From Octopus sinensis (taxonomy: Eukaryota), in assembly GCF_006345805.1 (NCBI RefSeq), contig NC_043001.1:88350001-88414000 (forward strand): DNA of 64,000 nucleotides, in the 5' to 3' direction. Below, piece by piece: positions 38,947 through 50,105 of this stretch. Made by a program: the position numbers and the translations under genes. The notes under the pieces were generated by a model. The model worked only from the letters and a program-made list of their open reading frames with translations. It did not search any database and was not told where the DNA came from. How positions within the stretch are numbered: the first letter of the stretch is position 1; every line of letters begins with the position of its first letter.

Positions 38947-40016
38947 ACTTAGAAAGGTTTTGGCCAGTATTGGCCCAGGCCATGTCTAACTTAATAGCAC
39001 CACCTGGTGAAGTCTTTCAGTTCAGGATTTGGGCACCAAGGCCCATTCGAGCAGAGAGTTATTGTTTGCGGAGACATATCCGGGTGTGGGTGGTTTGTCC
39101 GGTACTGTTTGAAGGAATTTGTCGAAAGACTTCTTGAATTTTGTGTGGTCAGTTTCTTTTTTGACGTGCCCTGGTGTAATGTTGAAGAGAGCAGGTCCAA
39201 TTGAGGTGAAATAGTTGTACCGTATTGTCGTTATGTGATGCGATTTAGATTTTTGTTGTGGACGGATGGCACGTGGTCCAAGCCTTGGATGCATTTTGAA
39301 GGTGATGCCAACATCATTCGGACAGTGCTGGTGGAATATTTTCCACATCATACAGATAATGTAGCGTTCACGGCATCGTTGGAGTGAATACAATTTCAGC
39401 TTTTCTAGTCTACCCCAGTAGTCAAGGTCTGACATGCCATCTTTTTTATGATTGACCTTTGGGGAGCTTCAATTCTCATAATATTTTATTTTGTGTAGGG
39501 AGACCACAGTGGACAGCAGTATTCAAGGTGGTGTCGGGCAAAAGTGGAGAAGAGAAGGATAATAGCGTGGGAATCTCTCGACTGGAAGGTTCTGAGAATC
39601 CAGGAACACATTCTGCGGGCCATGTCAACTTTGCTGTTTATATGTGTAGCCCAGCTTATGTTGTTGTCCACTGTTACTCCCAGGTCTCTGATGTTGTTGG
39701 ATGCCATGAGAATTTCTCCAGAAGGAAGAGAGTATGGGAGTTTCAGAGCGTCCTCCCTTCCAAAGTGGATCAGTTCAAATTTGTCTTCATTTAGCAACAT
39801 GTTATTCTTTTCCGCCCATTGGACAACAGCCAGTAGGTCTGGCTGAAGGTTTATTCGGTCATCCACGCCATTGATGACCTTCTGGAGCTTGGAGTCATCA
39901 GCGAAGGTTCTGATGTTACTGTGTTTGATGGTATCAGTAATATCATTTATGTAGATGATGAAGAGAAGTGGGCCCAACACAGTACCTTGTGGGACACCAC
40001 TGCTGACTTTGGCTGG
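38945..40016 (-). mobile_element. 5'-truncated copy of the same CR1/L2-type LINE (last ~1.07 kb)
   Basis: Reverse complement closely matches ~21525-22550 (LGPLLFIIYINDI...FADDSKL...RLEKLKLYSL); the 3' end abuts (TA)n. Confidence 0.93.
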
Positions 40017-40529
40017 ATGAAGCTAGCTGTATAAAGAAGTGCTGGTTGCTAAATGTGGCTGTAACTTGTGTGAAAGGGAGAACCAGAAAGACATAAAATG
40101 AAGTATTTTAGGCTGACCTCAGCACCATGAGCCTGATGAAGATGACAAAGGACTGGGCTTTCTGGCAATACAAGATTCATCAAAAGATCTTTCCTCACCA
40201 TCAAAACTGAGATCTGATAAGGCTATGTATTGTAATCTCTGCCCACATTATGGTGATTTATCCTCCTTCTCTATGTATTAACCCTGCTTCATCTTCCTGC
40301 CACCCAGCTCCTGCAGACTACCGACAGTATCATTCTTCTCTCTTGTGTCCTGCTCTAACAACTACATCATATTTACTGTTCTTGCTGCTTGCTCCCCCTT
40401 CTCTTCTGCATCCCTCTGTCTCCCCCAACTCCTCTCTATGCAGGCCTACCCATTATACCTTTGCACTCGAAGCCCTCCAAGGGCAGGAAGTGAGAGTTCT
40501 TATGGTTTGTCTCCTTTCTCTCTTCAAGT

Positions 40530-41605
40530 TAAATTCCTATTTGAGCTTTTCTTTAAAATTCTGAACTGCAATTTCCCACCACAACATAAATATTACCCTA
40601 TCTTCAACAAATCTATAAAAATATCTTACTCCACCACACCCAACTTAGGATCCATAATTGCCTCCTCTAATAAATGCAAACTTCACCACCTGACAGTTGA
40701 CCTTACAATCTATCCCTCTGAACCTCCCCCTCCCCCCTGGTAGTAATAATACAACCCTTAGAAAGCCTACTCAATCCAATAATACCATAATGCTACCAAC
40801 ATGACTGAATATAACAGTGGTGCACTCCCACCCAGCCTAACACTTATACTGATAATACCTCCCATACTTCTTTGATGGTAGCTGACCATACAAACCAGAC
40901 CTTTGCAGGGATCAATTCCAACCCCAGTGCTGGTATGAAAACCTGAAAATTCCAGGCCTCTCAACTTTCTCACTCGGAGGTTTCTTTCTACACAATAATG
41001 TAGTCTATAAATACTTGGTTATAACACCATGCTTCCTCATGGCACATAGTTTCAAGCACTGCTACTAAGCACACATGAATTCTTTCCCCAATCAAACCTC
41101 TTAACTATCTACCTATCTAGCAACTTATATACACAACCCCAAATATTTCCTACCCTGATCTACTGTCCGTGAGGCTTCCCTGTACAACACTAACCTTGGA
41201 GTTTGTAAATTATGTTCAAGTGAATCTCTTGCCATCCTCTGTAACCACAAATTCTCATTACTCAATAAATCTTGAGATGTAATCCTTTCATATAAACACA
41301 AATTTTATTCACTATTTGCCCATTAAATAAAGTCTATATAATTCTCCTAATTATGATACAACCTTAAATTGCAACTTATACCTCCTTTTCCCTACCATGT
41401 GCAACTCGTAAACACCAGTCGTCTTTTTTCTCTTTCCCTGTTGCCCGCTCTGGGATCTTTCTTTCCTCTCTCTTCCTTCTTTATGTTTCCGACGAAGAGC
41501 TCCGCTCGAAACGTCATACCTCCCTGCTTCCTTTTCCTGAGCGCCTATTAATAATAATACTGTAATTGTTCCATTGTTGTTGTTTTTTTGTTTCCCGTTT
41601 GGATT

Positions 41606-41610
<5 letters not shown>
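40530..41610 (+). mobile_element. Decayed Penelope-like element 3' part ending in a pseudo-LTR with hammerhead motif
   Basis: FFKILNCNFPPQHKYYPIFNKSIKISYSTTPNLGSIIASSNK parallels the 14.7-15.4 kb remnant; later NNVVYK and CKLCSSE remnants; hammerhead core at 41489. Confidence 0.72.
41486..41518 (+). ncRNA. Minimal hammerhead motif of Penelope pseudo-LTR type (U4>C variant)
   Basis: ttt-CcGACGA-a-GAGC-tcc-GCTC-GAAAC-GTC; loopless palindromic stem III (ACGT). Confidence 0.6.
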
Positions 41611-41647
<37 letters not shown>

Positions 41648-42589
41648 ATTCTCTTTGTGTATTCCCCCTACCTAGCACATTCTCCTATACTACCCCCCAC
41701 CCTCATACTTTGAATTCTTTTCTCACCTCCTCATAGCTTCATCCTCAACCAGAACCACTTAGCACTATCTACCCCTTGCAATTGCTACCAAACTGTCCTT
41801 TCTTTTCTCCCTCTCTGTCCACCTCTTGTTATTTATTCTCATACCTTTCTACCTACTTCAGTATTCTCCCTCTATCATCGACCCACCTTCATTCTTTGAA
41901 TTTCCCCTTTGCCTCCTTACCAGCATCTATAACTAGTTGCCTTCTCTTCATTTCAATACCCACTTGTCCCTTATCTTACTCCCCTTTTTGCAGTTCTTTT
42001 GCCACCACCATCCTTGATTAATAACTTCTTTTGTCAATGCACCCAACAATGATTCAGCTCTTCACAATACTACCATTCCATCCATTTGTCAATTACCTCT
42101 CCTTCTTCCTGCTCTGCCTCCTCTTTATCTTGTTGCCCTTTTATGCTTCAACCCTCACCCTGAACTGCCTACTTCCTCTTTCCACTTGCTTTTATTTGCC
42201 TTCTTTACCCATTCTACCCTTAAGTTCCTTGCATTATGACCCCCTCTCCTGGTAGTAATAATACAACCCTATATCTCTCCTTTCTAAAGGAAGGCAAAAA
42301 ATAAGACAGAGGAAGTTTTTCTTGAAAAGTCAAACAAGTTCTGAATGGACAATAATATTTGCATTTAATTACATTTAAAAATAACATTCAATTGAAAATT
42401 GTTATAAAGTAGTTTTTCCATGTTCTCCCTTTAACTACACAGTAATGCCATCTACTTGTAGTTACAGTCGCTATGTCAATATTTACCTGAAGATTGATTA
42501 AAATACGAAAGTATTTGAAATGATAAAATGTGAAAATATGGCTTTGTTGAAATTTAATTGACTAGTTTATTATCTCTGCACACACACAC

Positions 42590-43260
42590 ACAAAAAGACT
42601 ATTTTGAGATCATTAGATAGATTTTAATCCCATATTGGGGACATCTTGCTCATTGTTCACCATGTCAATTCAATTCTTACTTCACTGTTTCTCTTTGAGC
42701 TGTCTATCCATTATCTCAGATATCTGAAGTTAGATACATTCAAATTTGCATTCTTTGATGCTACAATGTGTTCTTCTTGAGTGAAAACCATAGATTCAGT
42801 TTTACCCTCATTGACATGTAATCCGATCTGTTTTGCAGCTTTAACTCAATCAAGCAGTAGGCAAGCTTCTTTGATAGTATTAGAAATAAGATTTATGTCA
42901 TCAGCTTAATCTGTATCAGTAATAATAGTTGTAGATGAGTATTTGCGAACTTGATTCTTCTGCAGTTGCTGTTGTAATTTGTAATGAGTAGGCCAAGGCT
43001 ACAATGAACAAAAAAGGTGCAAAAATTTTCACCTTGTATTCTTGCCTGGATCTGAAAAAAATCTGTTTCAACTCAGATAATAAATTTTGAGTGATGGTAT
43101 CTCTATGGAGAATGTCTACTGTCTGGGATACCAAATGCTTTGAGAATATTCATCACCTTAATTTGATAGCTTGAGTCACAAGTTTTGCTAAATGGCGTGA
43201 TAACTTTTAGGTTCTGACTTTTGATACCATCAACAAGCCTTCATATTGCAAGAACTTGCA
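42590..43260 (-). mobile_element. Old RTE-like reverse transcriptase remnant
   Basis: Minus strand FAPFLFIVALAYSL ... ADDINLIS ... AKQIGLHVNEGKTE, with stops. Confidence 0.6.
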
Positions 43261-43307
43261 ATAATGTTGATCTTCCTGGATGAATATCTGTATATATGCG
43301 CATGTGT

Positions 43308-43359
<52 letters not shown>

Positions 43360-43573
43360 CCACATACACACACACATGCATCCACACACGTGTTTATATG
43401 TGTATATCTATGTATGTGTTAGAATGTATGTTTACATTCACATTTCTCTGAAGAATACTTAACTATGGGTGGTTATGTTGTCATTTCCTCTGTCAACAAG
43501 TTGTCCACTGGCTTTGCACCTTTGAAGTTATCTCTTACTTCAAAAACAGGTAAGGATTAGTGTGTGTACATAC

Positions 43574-43610
<37 letters not shown>

Positions 43611-46600
43611 CAGACACTCACATGCACAAAAAAAAATCTGTAAAGTGGTTGTTGTTAGGAAGAGCATCCTGTCATAGAAACCATGCCAAAAATGGAAGGT
43701 ATGATTAAAATGTCGTCTTCTGACTAGTCTTTGAGAGTAGTACCTTAGAATAAGAAATGATCTGAATTATGATGACCTGTCAAACTTATCAATGTTTGGA
43801 AAATGGGCATATAATGTGGACTATGTCTATGATATATCTTAACATAGCGTCAATACTTCAAATTTCAGAGCAGAGATATAATAATTTGTATCATTTCTAG
43901 TATTTTAGCGTGTCAGAATAATATTAAACAAACATTGATATTTACATTTTCTTGTTGTGATGTTAATTTTTGTTGGTGAAAGGCACGATTATTTCATCTT
44001 AATCATTTCTCCTCACTTATACCATACAAAATTTTTTAGACCTTGAGAGCATGTCTAAGAAACTGTTACCAACCAACCATTCAGATACTATCTGTATCTC
44101 ACCCATTCAACCATGTTCAGCTGTATTGTTAAGCTGTTACATGGCATATTTGGTAATGATGGTGGTAGAGGTGGTAAATAGTATATGCTGTTATGTAGTA
44201 TATATTAATGTATAGTATATGGTTAGGAAAATATGTTACTAGTATTTCTAAAGTATATGGTAATGGTGGTGTGGCATGTTTTCCTAAATGTGTGTTGTTG
44301 CTTAACTTAGGCCAGCCTAGATTTACGATTAAAGGGTTTAGAGCTCTGACCATCCAAATTTTATTGACACAGTGTATCTAGAACTGTACCCTTTTTGTAA
44401 GATGATATGGTGGGATTTGAGTGAATTTATGGGGCCTTCATTAATATGTTGTGTGTAGTGGTCTGTTATATAGTGCTTTGTAGTGTATAGGTGTATATTA
44501 AATAATAAGGATATTTATGCCTGTGATGTGGAGAATATTATAGTAGTGATGTATATATTGTGGTAGTGTTGCATAGTGTATGATACTGTAGTTGTACCGG
44601 CAGAGATAATAGACTGTCGTGTAATGTATGGTGATTGGGTTGTGTACTACATTGTGGTGCTGGTGATAATGTATATTGCACGATAGTGACAATGGTAGTG
44701 TAGAATAGTTATTTAGCTGTGGGTTAGTTTTGAATGAGCTGACTAATGAAAAAAGGCAATTGTAGTTGTGATCACCACATCTGTTTAAGACATGTATCTA
44801 GACCTACATCATTCAGTGCATCCTTTTTGAAATCAGCAGGTGTGTCATGCTAAAAGAAAATTTGGCTGTAATTTTTAGCAGGTTGAATGACCATGTAATG
44901 GCTCCCATAGTGTATGGTATCATTGGCAATGTGTATTTTAATTGTATGTAATACTAGTGGTGTGTAGTATATGGTATTGGTGGTCATGTTAATGTGTAGT
45001 TCTGCTGCTGCAGTAATGGTAGTAGTGTGAATATATGATGTTGGTGATGAGCGATTTAATGGTATGGTGATGTGTAATTGCTACTAGGGTGTAGGTTGTG
45101 TAGGTTAGTGGGGTTATTCATAAATATAGTGGTGTAGTATAGGACAGAAATGATTGTGTGATGTATAGTGTGTGGTTTTGGTGGTAGTGTATGTTTAGTA
45201 TTGATATGTGGTGGTGGAAATGTGCATGTGATCATTATTATTCTACCAAATCTTTACCAGTGAAAGCAGCCTCTACGACATTCTCTTAATGCTGCTATCA
45301 CTACCATCACCAGCAGCAGATACAGCAGCAGCAGCAGCACTACACACATTAAACAGAGCTGCTGCTACTACTGTTTATAATACTATTACTGCTGCTGTTG
45401 CTGCTCTCACCAATATTACAAATGTCTGTAAATCAATTTCTGGCAAACATGGAGTGTTCTCCACCTCACACCCTGTCGAAACTACATCATCATCATCATC
45501 ATCACCATCTTCATCATCATCATCACCATATATTCCTCTTACACACATATATCCTCACTTCTCACCATCTCAGACTTAGCAGAAATAAACCATTCCACAG
45601 CTCTCATAAGAATGGAATCTAGCAGAACTACCATTTCACAATATGTCTAGCTAGATTCAATTTCCTCACACCCTCAACACCCCACTGTCACATGGGGGTT
45701 AGGACAAGATCTATCATTCTTACTACTACTACTGCCACCACCACCACCACTGGTAATACTCCTACTAAATTGGAATGTTTCAGAAAAAATTAATATTAAA
45801 AATTATTATTATTAATATTAAAATTTATTATTAAGTATCACTCAATAGAGTTGATTTAATTGATTATACTCTATCTAAAATATGTGACCTTGTGCCTATA
45901 TTAGAAATCATCATTATTATTATTTTTTTGCAGCTTTCATCTCCCCACTTCTGTCTCTTTACACATAGGCACACCTCAGTGAAACCTTGTAACAAAACCT
46001 GTGCAATCAAGCAGTAGTGGTACTACAATTTTGCAATATGTCTACCTAGATTCCTTTACCACACATATACATACGTACAGTCTTGCAACATGTCTATGTT
46101 GATTCCTCTACTACTACTACTACTACTACTACTACACACGGAGGTGTATATGCATATACATACAGGCATACATTCTGAAGGATTTTTATTTCAAGGCTAA
46201 GTGTGTATCTGGAGTAGGGGCATGGTGTATCCACCTGCAGCCACTAAAGCCTCTTTATTTTTGCCCTTGTCAGATATGGAAATCTTTCTGATTGATGGAA
46301 AACTTTCTGATTGATATGGAAACCTTTCTGAATGATGGTTGGTTCAGTGTTAGCCTGTGCTACCATAGCAAACACTTACATTGTAGTATTTACATCCATC
46401 CAGAGTAATACATATATGCACTCATTGACATACACTAAAATACACACACACACTGTGACATAATGTTACTATGTGATATATTTAACATCTGTTTTCCATG
46501 CTAGCATTGGTTTTATGGCTGGCAAGATTTTATGGCTGGATTTTGATTTTCTTCCTGTTGCCAACCCATGCCTTTTTCAAATAAGGGATTTTTTTAATAC

Positions 46601-46819
46601 CAGATGTCTTTGAAAGCACGGTACAGCCAGTCATCATGTCAAGATCATCATAATTTTGCTCAAGTGGTGATAAGCTTGGAATATCAACATTCATGCATAC
46701 CCACCTCCATATATATCCATATATTAATATCCTCAATGTATCATATATCTGAAAAAGAAGCACATACTAAATCATAGAACAGTAATGTATTTGTAAGTAT
46801 TTAAGTCTATATCAGGTTA

Positions 46820-46992
46820 TAGAGTGACCAATGGTTTCACATCCATAAAAGGCTTAGCTCCATGAATGTCTTGTCAGACTCTAAAGCCAAAGACAAGGGA
46901 AGTGAAAAGTTACATTTGTCTTTGGCTTTAGAGTGACCAATGGTTTTGTATCCACAAAGGGTTTAGCCATGTGAATGTCTCATCAGATTCTA
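46820..46992 (-). ncRNA. Two tandem type-I hammerhead-ribozyme-like motifs (109-nt spacing), each with core substitutions
   Basis: Minus strand: uagagu-CUGAcaA-g-acauucau..auggaugu-GAAAC-cauug-GUC-acucua (46820-46883) and uagaau-CUGAUGA-g-acauucac..guggauac-aAAAC-cauug-GUC-acucua (46929-46992). Confidence 0.65.
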
Positions 46993-49884
46993 AAGTCAAA
47001 GACAAGGGAAGCAAAGAGTTACATATGTCTTCAGCTTTCAGGTGTGAAACCATATATATATATATATATATATATACATACATATGTAGTATGTATGTAC
47101 ATACAATGGACTTCTTACAGTTTTCTACCAAATTAACTCAAAAGACCTTGGTTATCCAGGGGCAATGGTCAAAAACATTTATCCATGGTGCTGTGCAATG
47201 CGACTAAACTCAAAACTATGTGGTTGCCATTCATGTACCTGCATGTGTGTGTGTTTGTATACATTCCCATAGTTATTTCTATATATGGATGTAATGACAC
47301 ATACATGCATACATATGTAATGCCACATACATACATTTTAGCTAATGAGAGAATCTCTAATTTGAATTGGTAGAAGTCTCAACCAAATTTCCTTCACATT
47401 ACAGCCTACTGTCTTGAAATGGGATTGATGTATTGGAGAATGCAGTCAGATTTGCAGTGCCAGAGAGAAAGCCAAGATGGTTGTGGCTTGTTAGCTTTTG
47501 ATTATAGGTTTGCCCAGTTGGGGTTGACTGAGGATAAATAAGCACAGCTTGGTGACCTGTATTCACATTGATCCACCGTGATGCATACATATACAACTCA
47601 TGCTTATAGAATAACGCCTACATCTGTACTGAGATCCATATACAGCAACAAATGCATATACACATGCATCATACTTACAATGTGACACTTCTCAGTGAAA
47701 TATATACGCATGCAAACACACACTCACTCAACCCTGTTGCTCTACCCTGATTATAAGTTCATATTTATACCAATAATTATTAGTGCAATTTGGCTATGTT
47801 AGTGAATGTCTAAATGACAATCTGGAAAATTTACAACTTTGAAGCAAAGAAAGACACTAGCTGACTGAGACTTTACAATTGCAAGAGTAACTTCTCATTG
47901 TGGTTATCCAAATTCTAACAATGGAGCTTTGTTTCTTTGTTAGAAGCCAACTCCTTTCTAGGATGAATTCTAATAAATATAAAAATGTAAAGCATACTCA
48001 CATACACAGCGATATGCACACATTCACATGGTGTTGCTGGTACATATATGTATTTATATATAAATACTAGCATCATCATGTGCATACATGTGTATCATTG
48101 TGTATGTGTAACATATACAAGTATACATATCTACGTACTCAATGACACTGCACTCATACCTTGAGTGTGACTTTTGCATATATAAACTAGATGGTGTATC
48201 CACACACTTATTACACTCACTAAAATGTACATGCACACACTAATAGTTGTACATATTCAGGCATACACATGTATTAGGAAGGGCATCCAGCTGTGACTAC
48301 CCTGCCAAATCTGACATGGAACATTATGCAACTTTGTGGCTCATAGATCCTGTTAAACCATCCAGCCCATGCAAGCAATAACATTGATGATAATGATGAT
48401 ACATGTACACATGCTCTAAAAAATACACACATACACAAACACATGCATATACACTGGCTACAACAGTGAAAAGTCTCTGTACCACCACCATCACCTACCA
48501 CCTACATCATGTCCCCCACAATTGTAAACTGATCTCTTCTCCAGTGAAAAAAAAACAAAAAAAAACAGCTTCATATATTGTCTTCTGATTAAACTTATTC
48601 TTGGCTAACATTGTTTCAGTTGATGTATTATTGGTTAAAAAAGTAACATTCAAGTTGTAGTACTTTGATGAGATTTTTCTATCCAGCAACCCTAGTTTGT
48701 AACTGTGAGCTTATAATTATTAAAATATTTGACAATTGATAGAAGAACTGAGAAAGCATATACACACATACACACAGGTATGTATATATGTATATTTGTG
48801 TGTGTGTGTGCATATACAATTGTATGTATGTGTATATGTGTGAGTGTTAGTGCATGTGTATTTGTAAGTTTGTGTGTATGTCTATAAATGCTTACAATTC
48901 ATGCTGAGTTATGGCTACAGTTGGTGATGTTAGCATTTGTGATTGGTCTTCAACTGGTGATATTACTGATGTTTCTTGCCAACAAACCATTTGTTAAAGG
49001 TTGGTAACAGGATGAGCATCCAACCATAGACATTCTGCTTCAATTTTCTGCTGTCTAAGTAATTCTAGCATGGAAAATAGACAAATAAAATGCATGAAAA
49101 TCATCATTCAGCATCCACTTTTCCCTGCTTGCATGGATCAGCTGGAATTTGTTGAGCCAAATGGAGTATCTACACCCAGATACCCTTCCTGTTGCCAGCC
49201 CTCCCTTATTTCCAAGTAAGGTAATATTTCCTATGTCCAGACATGCTTTCCATGGAAGACTGAAAACAAGCAACATCACTTGAATGATGGTGCTGCTTGT
49301 TTTCAACTATTATGTGATACCAAGACAGGGAACACACAAATACAAATGCACACACATACATATACATATGCACATATATATTTATGTATACACATACATA
49401 TAACTACACACACACACACACACACACATAAATTTATATATATATATGCATGCACACATATTGACTTGCTCACCTAGCCAGCAAGGTGACAGTATTTGAA
49501 AGCTAAAATGATATGAATCACATTGTGACCTGCTATGTATAACAATATATGATAATCTGGTTGATACCATGATATATATACATATATGCTACTAACGTTG
49601 ATTATGAAACAGCTGTCAGCTAACAGAATAACCATGTATCCTCTCACTTCACGTCTTTTATCTGATCAATATTTATATACACACATTCACAATTGGCTTC
49701 TTTCAGTTGCCATCTATGAAATCCACTCACAAGGTTTTGGTTGGCTTTGGAACTAAATGGTTTGGGGTTTGTCCCACTTCATGAATGTTGTCAGCTAGCA
49801 TTCTGTACTATACCCTCAAGTCAACTAATGCCTTGTGAGGGAAATTGGTAGACAAAAACTGAATTATTGTTGTTGGTGGACAGA

Positions 49885-50105
49885 AACCAAGTGTTATTGA
49901 TTGGATCAGTGGAAGAAAAATTTAAATCCAGATACAACAACCATCATTCAACCTTTAGACACTTCAAGAAGAGACATGCAACAACCTTTTTGGTATTAAT
50001 CTGGAAACTTAAGGATGAGAATGTCAACTGCAATATCAAATGGAAATCTTTTCTAACATCAAACTTTAAATGGTACAGAAAGATGTTTCTTATGCTTACT
50101 TAAAA
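49885..50105 (+). mobile_element. Penelope-like GIY-YIG fragment
   Basis: IGSVEEKFKSRYNNHHSTFRH..RHATT...IWKLKDENVNCNIKWK matches the YIG..FK.RY.NH..SF / IW.LK..IKW pattern. Confidence 0.75.

Noticed and set aside
49605-49618. GAAAC-AGCT-GTC hammerhead half-motif
   Set aside because: No upstream CUGANGA box; at most a truncated pseudo-LTR fragment.
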